From Bacteroidota bacterium (GTDB lineage: Bacteria > Bacteroidota > Ignavibacteria > UBA10030), in assembly GCA_050015675.1 (NCBI GenBank), contig JBEKAY010000001.1, positions 70,067-134,066 on the forward strand: a stretch of 64,000 nt of DNA. The letters run 5' to 3'. Below are positions 21,411 through 31,811 of the stretch, in pieces. Position 1 is the stretch's first letter. Every line of letters begins with the position of its first letter. Made by a program: the position numbers and the translations under genes. A model generated the notes under the pieces. It was not told the origin of the DNA and ran no database searches. It saw only the letters and a list, made by a program, of their open reading frames with translations.

Positions 21411-22322
21411 TCAAGTTGATGGAACAGTCTTGCGCGCTACTATTTTGTCCCACATCTTCATCAATACTGGTGCGACAGCAAGCGCAAGAAATGCTACCAA
21501 TACTCCAACCACTGCATCCGTCACATAATGAAAACGGCAATAAAATGTGGAAATGTAAAGCGAGAGTACGATTGGCATCAGAACCCAGAATGACGGACGA
21601 TGATATCGGTATGCCATCACCCACATAATTGTCGCGGCGGCTGTGTGCGGACTAGGAATAGAGCCACCAGCAAAATGGAGATATTTTCGCATGCACTCAC
21701 CAAGAAATGTCCAGACCCAGCCATCTAAAGGCACGGTGTATAAATGTTTGATGTAATACATAGGACTCGCAACAGGAAAAAGAATGAAGCCAATATCACA
21801 AAGAATGTTAGTGAATCCGAGCGTGAAGAAATAATCCTCCATTGCCAGCTCGCCGCGCAAATAATAAATGATGCCGCAAAGAACGGGATACATCGGAACA
21901 TAGATGACATAAGAAAACATCATCCATTCCGTTAACGGTTTAGAAATGAAGTCTTCTATCCATAGCGTTGGTTGCACAGTAAACACCCATTGCTCAAAAT
22001 CGAGCACATAATCGTCCATCCATCTGCCGTGGATGAGTAACTGGAATTTATCGACGGCACCGAAAAGATAAGCATACGTCAGAGTCACCGTTGCAACACG
22101 CAGAAAGAATCGCCAGAATTTCTTCGTAGTTTTCTCGCTCAATCGGTTGAATAGAATGTATGCAACCGCAACGGTAATGTTTTTCAGGACCAACATCCAC
22201 CATCCTTCGATCCGGTTGAAAAAGATAATCGCTAGTAAACTGAAGAAAGCAAGTGTTGCAAGAATCAATCCGTCTGTTGCACGGAGTTGGATCTTGCCAA
22301 TTGTCAGTCGTTTGTTCGTCAT
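21411..22322 (-). CDS. PAP2-family membrane phosphatase/transferase
   Basis: 303 aa, polytopic. C-terminal PAP2-like motifs PSPH and RFHYVTD (H-x3-D). Confidence 0.55.
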   Translation of the reverse strand: MTNKRLTIGKIQLRATDGLILATLAFFSLLAIIFFNRIEGWWMLVLKNITVAVAYILFNRLSEKTTKKFWRFFLRVATVTLTYAYLFGAVDKFQLLIHGRWMDDYVLDFEQWVFTVQPTLWIEDFISKPLTEWMMFSYVIYVPMYPVLCGIIYYLRGELAMEDYFFTLGFTNILCDIGFILFPVASPMYYIKHLYTVPLDGWVWTFLGECMRKYLHFAGGSIPSPHTAAATIMWVMAYRYHRPSFWVLMPIVLSLYISTFYCRFHYVTDAVVGVLVAFLALAVAPVLMKMWDKIVARKTVPST

Positions 22323-22394
22323 AGTTTTTCTAATCTTAGAATACCTTCCGAAGGTTTCTTGAGCTGAACCAGAGAGAATCTTAGCAAGGCTTTC

Positions 22395-23117
22395 TTAGCC
22401 AAAGCAAATAAAATAATCCAGCGAGATTCCAAGTACCCAGTGCGTTATGATCGAAGGCCAGATTGATCTTGATCGATATACCATAATCCCCCATACAAGC
22501 CCGCCAAGAATAGAACTGTAAATCTCGCTGTCCGGTTTGCCGATATGCACGATGCACGAGAGCGCTACCTGCACAAGGATTGCACCCCATACGCCGAAGC
22601 GGTCAGTTAATCCAAATTGCATGAATCCGCGAAAAAATATTTCCCAGCCGAAGTAAAAAATGAGATAGGCAATGGCATGGATGGCAAACATCTGTATCGA
22701 GTCGCCGGCGCCTTTGTACAAAGGGTACTCTGCGATGTACTGCGGATCCTTTGCTGAAGGATAGGAGAGCGCTACCATGACGGCGCCAATAACTAGTGCT
22801 GCCGGAATCCAGAATTTCCAATCGCCAATTTGTAATCCGTAATCAGCAAGAGATTCTTTAAAAACATACTTAATAACGGCGATGGCAATTATGCCAAGCA
22901 GAACGAAGGCAGATAAGTAATTATACCACTCCGCTGTCATAGCAGCGCTGTTGAATAAAACAAACGTGTCGCTGAGATGAGTAAGGTAAAACGATTTCGA
23001 ACCGTAGTATTTCCACGTTGTAAGAACAAGCGGTGCAAGGAGAAGTATTATCGCCGGTTTCTTGTTCTCTTTGGAAAAAAGTTCAGGGAGCGAAAAATAT
23101 TTCTCGAAACTGATCAT
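22395..23117 (-). CDS. CPBP (CAAX) family intramembrane metalloprotease
   Basis: 240 aa, multi-TM. It has the WEIFFRGF motif (EExxxR-type) and a C-terminal ITHWVLG motif. Confidence 0.6.
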   Translation of the reverse strand: MISFEKYFSLPELFSKENKKPAIILLLAPLVLTTWKYYGSKSFYLTHLSDTFVLFNSAAMTAEWYNYLSAFVLLGIIAIAVIKYVFKESLADYGLQIGDWKFWIPAALVIGAVMVALSYPSAKDPQYIAEYPLYKGAGDSIQMFAIHAIAYLIFYFGWEIFFRGFMQFGLTDRFGVWGAILVQVALSCIVHIGKPDSEIYSSILGGLVWGIMVYRSRSIWPSIITHWVLGISLDYFICFG

Positions 23118-24133
23118 GACTTATTCTTCCGAAGTTGGCGTTGCTGTAAAATCCATTCGTAAGTCAATCGTATACCTTCCTTAAGCGGAGTAAAAGTATA
23201 ACCAAGTTCACGTTCGGCTTTTGCGCACGAGAACGCCCAATCCTGTAAAAATGTTTCCACCCAGCCCCTCGTGATCTGTGGATAAACACCGAATTTTTCG
23301 GCCGCGAATTTCTGGATACCGCCGTAACCGAGTCCTACTCTAGGTGGAAGATTGATCTGAAAATGTTTCTTGCCGCTTACTTCGTCCACCAGTTCGTAGA
23401 AATGTTTCAGGGATGCATTTTCGCCGCCGATGATGTACCGCTCGCCGATGCGCCCTTTTTCCATTGCAAGGATATGCCCGCGTACAAGATCATCTACCAA
23501 AACATAATTCCCAATGTTGACACCGCGGTTAAGAAGAATCGGTACCAAACCACGGTCGTACTGATCGATCATGAGGCTGACAGAATTTCCTTCCGTTAAT
23601 TTCCCGGGGCCGTACACGCGTGTGGGATTTACCATGACTACAGGAAATTTCTCCGCTGCCATTTTGAGTGCTTCTTTTTCCGCGATTGCCTTTGTCTCTT
23701 CATACTCTGTATAGTATTTCGGTGTGATGCGAAGCATTGTTTCGTCGCCGATCAAACCGGGCGTAGTAGGCCCGAAAGTAACGATGGTGGACGTCCACAC
23801 AACACGCTGAATGCCGACTTGCCTGGCGGCATCGAATACATTTTGCATACCGAGAACGTTATGATCATGGAATGTTTTTGGATCTCGCGCCCAGTTCTTC
23901 GCATAAGCCGCAAGATGAAAAACGTGCGTGCAATCCTTCATCCCTGCAATGAGCGATTCGCGGTTCATAATATCGCCTTGCACCAGCTTAATACGTTCGT
24001 GATCAAGTCCTTCGCAGTTGCTTTTAGCGCGTGTCAATGCATGAACAGTGTGCCCCTGACGGACTAGTTCGTTCACAAGCTTTGTGCCGATAAAGCCGGT
24101 AGCGCCAGTGACAAAAATAGTTGTTGGCTTCAT
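23114..24133 (-). CDS. NAD-dependent epimerase/dehydratase family protein
   Basis: Rossmann motif VTGATGFIGTKL and a YxxxK site (YEETK). ATG 24133 (MKPTTIFVTGATG) is preferred to the track start 24172. There is a 4-nt overlap with the CPBP gene. Confidence 0.75.
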   Translation of the reverse strand: MKPTTIFVTGATGFIGTKLVNELVRQGHTVHALTRAKSNCEGLDHERIKLVQGDIMNRESLIAGMKDCTHVFHLAAYAKNWARDPKTFHDHNVLGMQNVFDAARQVGIQRVVWTSTIVTFGPTTPGLIGDETMLRITPKYYTEYEETKAIAEKEALKMAAEKFPVVMVNPTRVYGPGKLTEGNSVSLMIDQYDRGLVPILLNRGVNIGNYVLVDDLVRGHILAMEKGRIGERYIIGGENASLKHFYELVDEVSGKKHFQINLPPRVGLGYGGIQKFAAEKFGVYPQITRGWVETFLQDWAFSCAKAERELGYTFTPLKEGIRLTYEWILQQRQLRKNKS

Positions 24134-24369
24134 TCGTTCTTTCTTCGCGGCGGCAAAATTGCCGCCTTGCATAAATTTAGACTGTGATTAAGGTAGAAAA
24201 AAATGGTACGAGAGACAACGAAGAACTCTGAATTTTACAAACAACCTATGTTACAAGCTTATGTTACGCATTCAATGAAGGAAATCTAATTCATGAGTAA
24301 CAGATTTTTAAGGAATATATGTTTTTCAATTATAACCTTATAGGGAAAATAATGGTGCAGCATCGATGT

Positions 24370-24708
24370 TCAAGTAAGATAATCCTGTCGTATGGGCGAG
24401 AATATTTCGATGGCCACAGAGTCTTCCAGCACTTGAGCTTCATGAACTATCCCGCCTTTGAAATTCCAGCTACTTCCAGGTTCGACAATAAAATCTTCCT
24501 CATCACTAGAAAATCGCAATCGACCCGAAATAAGATAGCCGGTTTGCTCTTGCGGATGTTGATGAGCAGGGATTATCGAACCTTGTTTGAGTTGAAATTC
24601 GCATAGAAGCGAATTATCTCCATAGGTCAATGCCTTCATGAAAATACCGGGGATAATCTGTTTGAAGTTCAATGGATCTGGTTTGTAAAGCATTTGCAAT
24701 GTCCTCAT
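24370..24708 (-). CDS. cupin domain protein
   Basis: 112 aa with cupin motif GSIIPAHQHPQEQTGYLISGRLRF. Confidence 0.55.
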   Translation of the reverse strand: MRTLQMLYKPDPLNFKQIIPGIFMKALTYGDNSLLCEFQLKQGSIIPAHQHPQEQTGYLISGRLRFSSDEEDFIVEPGSSWNFKGGIVHEAQVLEDSVAIEIFSPIRQDYLT

Positions 24709-24863
24709 TGTGAGAAAAAAGCGTAGTCTTATTCTGTTTCGTCTGTCCCGTCACGTTTAGAGAAAGGATCATCTCGCCTTCTGCCAACAAACTCGCTATG
24801 TGTTCTGGCGGGAGAACTAGCGGACAAGTCAGCGGGAAAGCGCTTGGTTAGGTGACAATTGTT

Positions 24864-26147
24864 TCATCTGAGCAAAACAAGTTTTCTAGTTTTGGAATAA
24901 GAACCTGCCTGCAAACGATAAAAATAAACTCCACTTGGCAAGCCTACGGCGTTCCATTGACGTACGTAATTTCCAGCAGACAACTCTTCTGCGAGCATAA
25001 TTGACACTTCTCTTCCCAATGCATCAAATATCTTCAGTGATACAAACGATTTAGATGGTAGACTAAAAGAAATAGTCGTAGCTGGATTAAACGGGTTTGG
25101 ATAGTTCTGCTCAAGCACAAATTTCGTCGGAGGAACTCCCTCTTGATCTTCGACGCCTGTAAGACCACCGTTCGAAGTATAGAGTATCAGTCCGGAATCA
25201 CCAACAGCAAAACCATATTTCTCGTTGTAGAAAAAAATAGCGTTCACATTCTGGACTGTCTGCACAGTTTGGTCAAGCCATGTATCTCCGCCATTTGAGG
25301 ATTTGTAAATCATGCCGTTGCTTCCACATACGTAGATCACATTGGCGGATGGAGCCGAGACGCTGAATAATGTACCGTCTCGCAAGATTCCCGTGGAAAC
25401 TTCACGCCATGCAGTGTCGGACATCGACTTCCGCAAGATTGCCGGTGCAGAGCGTAGGTCTCCCTCGACTCCTACGATAAACCCCGCACCCCCGCCATTA
25501 CAAAACTCTGCATCGAATGCTGCCGATCCCAAGCCTTGAAAGTTCGGTAAGATTTTTTCATTCCATGAAGGGGGTGGAATCACATACTGTGTGCAAAGTG
25601 AATAAGGTGTAAGCGCGTATTTGGAGACGCCAACAATAGTCGGGCCGCGATACGCAAAAAGCGAGCGGATTGGCCACGTACTGATTTTTTCAGCAATCCA
25701 CGTTCTGCCGGTGTCTGACGTATTGTACACCCAACCGGAGTCGGCGCCGACGTAAACACTATTGGGTCCGACCTGAAGAGCAGATAAACATTTTTGTCTT
25801 CCCGGAATTTGATGCCAGATCCAACCCTTACCTCCGTTCGACGTTGTTAAAACAACACCACGATCTCCCACGACGATTCCATTTGATGTGTCAAAAAAGG
25901 AAACACCGCTCCATGGCTGGATGAATGAAAGAGGTGCAGTTACATCAATCCATGTCGTGCCGGAATTTGTTGTCCTGAGAATTGAACCATTTCTTCCTAC
26001 GGCGATTGCCGTCACCGTATCGAGCATGACAACATCCGAGAGCGATGCATTGACACCGCTGTTCTGTAAAATCCATTGAGCGTTCAACATACTCACATTC
26101 GCCAATGTGAAAATCGTCATTAACAAAATTCGGAATAAAGCCTTCAT
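24864..26147 (-). CDS. T9SS-sorted secreted protein with BNR/Ycf48-like beta-propeller repeats
   Basis: Signal peptide (MKALFRILLMTIFTLANVSMLNAQ). Repeated S/T-x-D/N-G-G-x-T-W units (TNSGTTW, SNGGKGW, SDTGRTW, SNGGDTW). C-terminal Por secretion tail NYPNPFNPATTISFSL...GVYFYRLQAGSYSKTRKLVLLR. Confidence 0.8.
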   Translation of the reverse strand: MKALFRILLMTIFTLANVSMLNAQWILQNSGVNASLSDVVMLDTVTAIAVGRNGSILRTTNSGTTWIDVTAPLSFIQPWSGVSFFDTSNGIVVGDRGVVLTTSNGGKGWIWHQIPGRQKCLSALQVGPNSVYVGADSGWVYNTSDTGRTWIAEKISTWPIRSLFAYRGPTIVGVSKYALTPYSLCTQYVIPPPSWNEKILPNFQGLGSAAFDAEFCNGGGAGFIVGVEGDLRSAPAILRKSMSDTAWREVSTGILRDGTLFSVSAPSANVIYVCGSNGMIYKSSNGGDTWLDQTVQTVQNVNAIFFYNEKYGFAVGDSGLILYTSNGGLTGVEDQEGVPPTKFVLEQNYPNPFNPATTISFSLPSKSFVSLKIFDALGREVSIMLAEELSAGNYVRQWNAVGLPSGVYFYRLQAGSYSKTRKLVLLR

Positions 26148-26399
26148 ACCAGTTCCTCCTTTCTTGAAGCTATCAAGCGGTAATTGCAACTAACGTCCGA
26201 GGCTATGAAACGTTGGGGAATACGTGGTGACGAAACTATCCGTCGTTACCAAACTTGCAGGCGAGCTATGCGCTTGTCTTACTATCAGACTGAATAGTAA
26301 ATCCGCTTATTTCAGTCTTACAACAATACTTTTCATTTTCGCTTTTGCATTGTATCATCATTCAATGTTTTATTTTACTCGAATTGCTTTTTCCCCCGT

Positions 26400-27725
26400 T
26401 TATATAATAGTAAGTGTTTTTTCTTCAGAGAACTTCTTCTTTATTTCTTTTAAAATTTTTGACTTTCTGACGCTTTGCTTTCTTAATGAATTAACCATTC
26501 GTATTGGATCCCTCAATAAGTCAACATTAGTTTCACTGCTTGAATCTTCCCAAAAAATAGGTTCTTCTGAAATATTTTGTTTAAAAAGAACTGAAAGCAT
26601 TAATAATTCAGTATCAAATGCAAAATTATATTCCTTTGCAAATGGCAATATTTGTTTCAGGGAAGCCATCTTGAAAGCTTTAAACCCATTCTGGGTATCG
26701 GAAAAATCAAGCTGAAGGAATAAATAAATAATTACATTGTATAGCCAGCTGCTAATATTTTCTTTAACGCCTCTGTTTACAACTGTAGATTCTTTATGCC
26801 ACCGGCTTGATATTGATATATCATATCCTTTAAAAAGTGGATATATAAGGATACCGGTAAATCTTAAATCGGATGATATATCCGCATCTGTATAAATTGC
26901 AATATCATTTTCGGCACAGCCTATACTGTCTAAATTATTTAATGCTGTAATAACTGCCCCGCCTTTTTGCGAGTTAACTGCAATATCCGGGGCAAGTTCA
27001 TGCAAAAACCAAACCTGGACACTGCCATTCTCCATCAATTCAGGAAATACTTTTAAGGTATAATCTTTTATAAGTTGGCCTGAATGATATTTAGTGTCAT
27101 TGTCATCGATAAATATCAATCTCCATGAAAACTCTTTATTCCACATCATCAGCTCTTTAATCTGATTTACCTTTACCCGCAGAAAATCTTCTCCTTTTGG
27201 GTTCTCCTGGCTTTTCGGGTATAACCGGTTTTGCTCTTTATATACAGGGACCACAAAAAATATTGTTATTTTAGACGAAGGGGCAATATTTTCAAATTTT
27301 GTACGCGATATGTCCAGGTAATACTCCTTTTCTTTTGGAACAGGCTTGAAAATAAATATTTCAGATATGATGAAGTTTAAGATTACATTTATGAAAACAA
27401 TATAAATTTGAGATAACAACGGTGTTACAGAAAGGTATTCTACAAGCAGGTAAGTAAAAATGAGGGTTATCGCGAGCGTAATAAACCTCCCTAAATAACT
27501 TAATAACAACTGCCTGCTTATTTTTGGATCCTGGTTCTCAAATGTCCAATATTTATTAATTGCAAATGTTATCATATTTACAATGAAAAAAGCGATGGAC
27601 TGACAGATAAGATAATGCACACTTAATTGCAATAAGTAGGCAAAAATCAATACATGTAAAAGAGTATTGATTATACCGGTAAGGCAAAATCTAAGAAATC
27701 GGATCAGTAAACGCTTTTTATGCAT
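26400..27725 (-). CDS. fused GtrA-like flippase domain + GT2 polyprenyl-phosphate glycosyltransferase
   Basis: The N-terminal 4-TM GtrA pattern is FLRFCLTGIINTLL...FAINKYWTFEN. The C-terminal GT2 has FFVVPVYKEQNRL, FIDDNDT, TDAD (DxD) and QNGFKAF, typical of Dpm1/GtrB-type synthases. The coding sequence is very AT-rich. Confidence 0.7.
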   Translation of the reverse strand: MHKKRLLIRFLRFCLTGIINTLLHVLIFAYLLQLSVHYLICQSIAFFIVNMITFAINKYWTFENQDPKISRQLLLSYLGRFITLAITLIFTYLLVEYLSVTPLLSQIYIVFINVILNFIISEIFIFKPVPKEKEYYLDISRTKFENIAPSSKITIFFVVPVYKEQNRLYPKSQENPKGEDFLRVKVNQIKELMMWNKEFSWRLIFIDDNDTKYHSGQLIKDYTLKVFPELMENGSVQVWFLHELAPDIAVNSQKGGAVITALNNLDSIGCAENDIAIYTDADISSDLRFTGILIYPLFKGYDISISSRWHKESTVVNRGVKENISSWLYNVIIYLFLQLDFSDTQNGFKAFKMASLKQILPFAKEYNFAFDTELLMLSVLFKQNISEEPIFWEDSSSETNVDLLRDPIRMVNSLRKQSVRKSKILKEIKKKFSEEKTLTII

Positions 27726-27739
27726 CAGAAAAGGATTTT

Positions 27740-29746
27740 TTATTTGGACAGGTTAAACTTGTTGAATTTTATAAATTGTGAACTTTCGCCCATAAAATAC
27801 TTTTTATCCATTTGTAAAGAATCAGGGGCGTACATCACCCTTATACCAGATTCAGCATTGCCATAATGAAAATTAGATAATTTAAAATTGTGATCTCCTT
27901 CATCTAAAAAAGTATATGTGATAATTTCCTTATCATCCTTATCGGGCTTTGTTCTATATAATTTAGTCTCATGATCAATAGAAAGTTCAAGATCGTCTAA
28001 AGAATACATAAATACTTTATACCACCCCTTTTGCAAAACTTTGAATGAACCTTCAAAATTGACAAAAAAATCATTTTTATATCCCAGGTTTCCCAATGTA
28101 TTATGTGTGAAATCATATTCAAAAGGAAAATTAATTGCATCTACCTGCAGTTTTGTAGTATCACCGGTCATTACAAGAGGGCTACTTTCTGTACTATGAG
28201 GATTATTAATGATTGTAACATTCACATTTTTAGCCATCGTCCATCTTTCAAACTGCGTAATCCCCAATTTAATGAGAAACAGTCCAAACAAAACGGAGAT
28301 AAATATGATCAACTTATTTCTGTATTTTTTAAAATTGGGAACAACTTCAAATATTGTTTCTATGGCGATAACATAAACAGCAAAAATGTAGGCATATATA
28401 TACCTGTGTTCCGTACTAAAAAAGTAACACACAATAAGAGAGCACAAAATAACCGATAACAATATGAGATATTTACTTTTATCAACCCGGGAAAATGGAT
28501 GTGTGAAACATGAAAATACTACAATAAGGGAAAGAATAAAAAATAACCATTTGAAGGGATCTATCAAGATATCAAACCATAAAGCAGAACTGGTGGAGGG
28601 AAATAATGTGCCAAAATATAATTCCTTAATATCTGCAAACTTCTGAATAAGTATTGCAGGATGTTCTTTAATGAAGCGGTTTGCAAGATCTATAAAATAT
28701 TTCCCTTCATAAATAGGGACCGTTGTCAATAATTTTCCATTTTCCGGACATTTTATTGTTCCGGGGGGATAGATCATATAAACATAACCATCAAATTCGC
28801 ATTTTACTTCATAGCGTTTCGTGAATGAAAAATAATAATTTAACCCGCTTGATGAAGCAAGCCCTTTTAATCTGCCTTCAGATATATAGTTGTTTTCAAC
28901 AATGATAAAAAATATTATGCAAAAAAAGCTAATTGTTACTAACGCAGCCTTCCATACCCCGCTGGATAAAATACTATGTTTCCAGTTTTTGTTAAAAGAG
29001 TTTGAATTAGACAATAATGCATATAATGCAAATGGCAAACCAATTAATCCATATCCCGGACGAACGCCTGTGGCAATGGCCAATAAAACTCCACTGACAA
29101 CATAAGCCCAGTTCTTATTTCGAAACAAGTAATAAATTGCTGCTATTAAAACAGGTACTGCTAGATTCTCTGATAGGATAAAAGCGTTGAAATAAAATGA
29201 ATAATAAGAACAGGTGTAAAATATTGCCGCACAGAAAGCAATGGTATATTTCTTAGTTAAGCGTAATGTAATAAAATATAAATAAATTGCAGAAAGAGAG
29301 GAAATAACAATGTTTAATCCTATAATAAATTCTAATTTGTAGTCAAGCAAACCAAAAAATGCCAGAACTTTAAAAACCCCCACCATGATAATATGATAAA
29401 GAGGAGGCCAAATGACCCATTGGTTGATAGTCCTGACATTACCATTATACCTTTCTAAAGCCCTTTCCCAATATCCACCCATATCGGAGTTAAGGTAATT
29501 TTGAAAATCTGTATGATAAAAAACAAAAATGTATTTAAGCACTGTTGATAAAAGTATGGCCACAAAAAACCAAAAAAACATTTTATCCTTTTGCTTCACA
29601 TTTTTTATACTACCAATAATATTATTGATTATTGTTTTTATTTCGTTGAACGGTTTTACTAATGAATGGTTTTCATTTTCTTTTCGTACGCCTCCCTCAA
29701 CTTTTTGTTTTCCGGCTATTTTTTTAGTTTCCATGTTCTTTTCCAC
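27740..29746 (-). CDS. GT-C (ArnT/PMT_2-like) membrane glycosyltransferase with C-terminal PA14-like domain
   Basis: 668 aa with more than 10 TM segments and a first-loop motif ...WVIWPPLYH. The C-terminal ~150 aa (FFVNFEGSFKVLQKGWYKVFMYSLDDLELSIDHE...GDHNFKLSNFHYGNAESGIRVMYAP) follows the PA14 pattern. Confidence 0.6.
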   Translation of the reverse strand: MEKNMETKKIAGKQKVEGGVRKENENHSLVKPFNEIKTIINNIIGSIKNVKQKDKMFFWFFVAILLSTVLKYIFVFYHTDFQNYLNSDMGGYWERALERYNGNVRTINQWVIWPPLYHIIMVGVFKVLAFFGLLDYKLEFIIGLNIVISSLSAIYLYFITLRLTKKYTIAFCAAIFYTCSYYSFYFNAFILSENLAVPVLIAAIYYLFRNKNWAYVVSGVLLAIATGVRPGYGLIGLPFALYALLSNSNSFNKNWKHSILSSGVWKAALVTISFFCIIFFIIVENNYISEGRLKGLASSSGLNYYFSFTKRYEVKCEFDGYVYMIYPPGTIKCPENGKLLTTVPIYEGKYFIDLANRFIKEHPAILIQKFADIKELYFGTLFPSTSSALWFDILIDPFKWLFFILSLIVVFSCFTHPFSRVDKSKYLILLSVILCSLIVCYFFSTEHRYIYAYIFAVYVIAIETIFEVVPNFKKYRNKLIIFISVLFGLFLIKLGITQFERWTMAKNVNVTIINNPHSTESSPLVMTGDTTKLQVDAINFPFEYDFTHNTLGNLGYKNDFFVNFEGSFKVLQKGWYKVFMYSLDDLELSIDHETKLYRTKPDKDDKEIITYTFLDEGDHNFKLSNFHYGNAESGIRVMYAPDSLQMDKKYFMGESSQFIKFNKFNLSK

Positions 29747-29790
29747 TAATAATTTTTTCTTGACTTATCTCTCTTGCATGCCATCCAATG
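29545..29790. repeat. direct repeat copy 1 (5' end + upstream region of the 668-aa GT-C gene)
   Basis: Hand alignment to 33575-33820 at a constant offset of 4030 nt gives 25 mismatches over 246 positions with no gaps. Confidence 0.9.
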
Positions 29791-29927
29791 TTACGCATAT
29801 GTTTTGTTGGGGATTTTCGAAGTACTTTACTATCACGGTACACAAAACTTGAATAGTAGCAAAGCTCGAACAGAAATAAATATCATAGGATAAAATTGTT
29901 GACAACAGATATTTTCTCTGATATCCA

Positions 29928-31811
29928 TTAAGCAGGAACTATAAAAAACATAAAGGATAAAAGGACGAAAATAACTATTGCAAATAATCCAATCTTTTCT
30001 GCAACGTAAATATTTCGAACTTTTAATTGTGATAATGAATAAAAAAACAATGGGCACAGAGATATCAAAATAGGAAGGATATATCTAAAATCATTACTAC
30101 ATGAAAAAGGGGTTTTTATTCTTAAAAATAATAATCCGGCAAATAACAAAATAAAATTTAATATTAAAACCATATTTTTTTTAAGTGAAACAATACACAT
30201 TTCTTTATTGGTAATTAATATCCCCATAATTGATACCAGGATTATAATTAAATAAAGAATATTCGTAAGCATTGCTATAGTATAATGATAGAATTTATCA
30301 AAAGTAAATTCTCCCCATAAGCTTGTTTTTAAAAGGAAGTTAAAAAAGAATTGGCGACCTGAAGAATCATCCCATGCACTAATAAAAGGTGTTTGTAAAT
30401 ATTTTTGTATATCCAAATAGGTGAAATTATACATTGAATTTCCTACTGCTAAATCCGGCGTTAAAGATTGAATATTACCAACAATTTCATAATTATGGTT
30501 TTTACCCATATTGTTAAACGAGAATAAAGCAAAAAGCGAAAGTCCGGCAACCAGAATTGATAAAAACATCCAATTACTCAATGACAATTTTAATATGTAA
30601 CTGATTTTAAATATTTCATTTCTAACCAACATAAAACACTTTACCATTGTAAGTATAATGATTAAAGCAATTAAAATAGATCCATTAGCTTTACTAAACA
30701 ATGTCAGAATAGCGAAAATAATGGATAAAATATGATATTTTTTTTGTTCTGTATCCCACCATCTTATGGTATAATATAAACCAATCGCATAGAACATATA
30801 AAAGGCCAAATCATTTCCTATTCTCACTGAATGTATTATCCCTGAAGGCCAAAATACAAAAAGTGCAAATAACAGGTAGAAATATTTCTTATTAAGATTT
30901 TTGAATTCAGAAAAAATTTTATATCCAAAAACAAGAAAAATAAGATAAAACAATATTGAAATTATTTGTGTGAACCTTTGACAATAATATACATTTATAG
31001 AGATTATTTTTAATAATTTGTAAAATGGAGCATTTATCAAATAATACAAAGGCGGTTGATAATAAATCCATCCTTCTGAAGCAGACGGTAATTTTAAATT
31101 GTCTGCAATATAAATTATATATCCGAAATGCCCTCCATCAACTGAATTATCATGACTCCTGGTATCTGGCCCTGTATAAGCAAAATAAAACACTCTTACA
31201 AGAAGTCCAATCAATAGTATAATAATTGCACCTTTTCTTATTCCAGCTTTTTCTAAAATAAAATATAATAATGCAAAGCTGTTTATTATAATTAGTATGG
31301 CCATCAGGACTAATTCAATAGAATAATAACTGAGAGTTATTGACAAACCATAACATCCACCATAGTCAACAATTTTAAATTCAAAATCATTCTTTCCTGT
31401 TTTTAAATATTTTCTTAAATCCAGGTTAAAATTACCTCCATAATGGTTTAAGCCTGCGTTATTAATACTTGTCAAATCAATGTTAACGTTATTTACTTTT
31501 AAATTTAAAATAGAGTCATCGGCATTAATAGTAAATTCTTTTGTTGTAAAAGGATTACAGAAAACATGGCCTTTTACATAAAACTCCTTATACTTTGATT
31601 CCTGATTTGAGGGGACTTTATAAAAAGGGATACTGACATTTTCTGTGTTGTTATCAATAGTTAGTTCAACATTTTTAAACTCGGGAATTATTGACTTAAA
31701 TAAAAAAAGAATTAATACCAGCGACGCTGATAATAATAAATATTTATTCAGAAACATTTTAATATAGTTTCTGAAATTATTATTTTTCTTCATGATAATC
31801 TTCTTCTGCAT
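29928..31811 (-). CDS. GT-C (ArnT/PMT_2-like) membrane glycosyltransferase with N-terminal extracytoplasmic beta-rich domain
   Basis: 627 aa. After TM1 there is a ~120-aa soluble segment, then more than 10 TM segments. The loop motif is [39 protein letters not shown]. Confidence 0.6.
   Translation of the reverse strand: MQKKIIMKKNNNFRNYIKMFLNKYLLLSASLVLILFLFKSIIPEFKNVELTIDNNTENVSIPFYKVPSNQESKYKEFYVKGHVFCNPFTTKEFTINADDSILNLKVNNVNIDLTSINNAGLNHYGGNFNLDLRKYLKTGKNDFEFKIVDYGGCYGLSITLSYYSIELVLMAILIIINSFALLYFILEKAGIRKGAIIILLIGLLVRVFYFAYTGPDTRSHDNSVDGGHFGYIIYIADNLKLPSASEGWIYYQPPLYYLINAPFYKLLKIISINVYYCQRFTQIISILFYLIFLVFGYKIFSEFKNLNKKYFYLLFALFVFWPSGIIHSVRIGNDLAFYMFYAIGLYYTIRWWDTEQKKYHILSIIFAILTLFSKANGSILIALIIILTMVKCFMLVRNEIFKISYILKLSLSNWMFLSILVAGLSLFALFSFNNMGKNHNYEIVGNIQSLTPDLAVGNSMYNFTYLDIQKYLQTPFISAWDDSSGRQFFFNFLLKTSLWGEFTFDKFYHYTIAMLTNILYLIIILVSIMGILITNKEMCIVSLKKNMVLILNFILLFAGLLFLRIKTPFSCSNDFRYILPILISLCPLFFYSLSQLKVRNIYVAEKIGLFAIVIFVLLSFMFFIVPA

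Noticed and set aside
23114-24133. Calling the epimerase HpnA and linking it with the HpnE-like gene as a hopanoid cluster
   Set aside because: The two genes are ~3.4 kb apart on opposite strands with unrelated genes between them. No squalene/hopene synthase genes (hpnC/D/F) are in the window.
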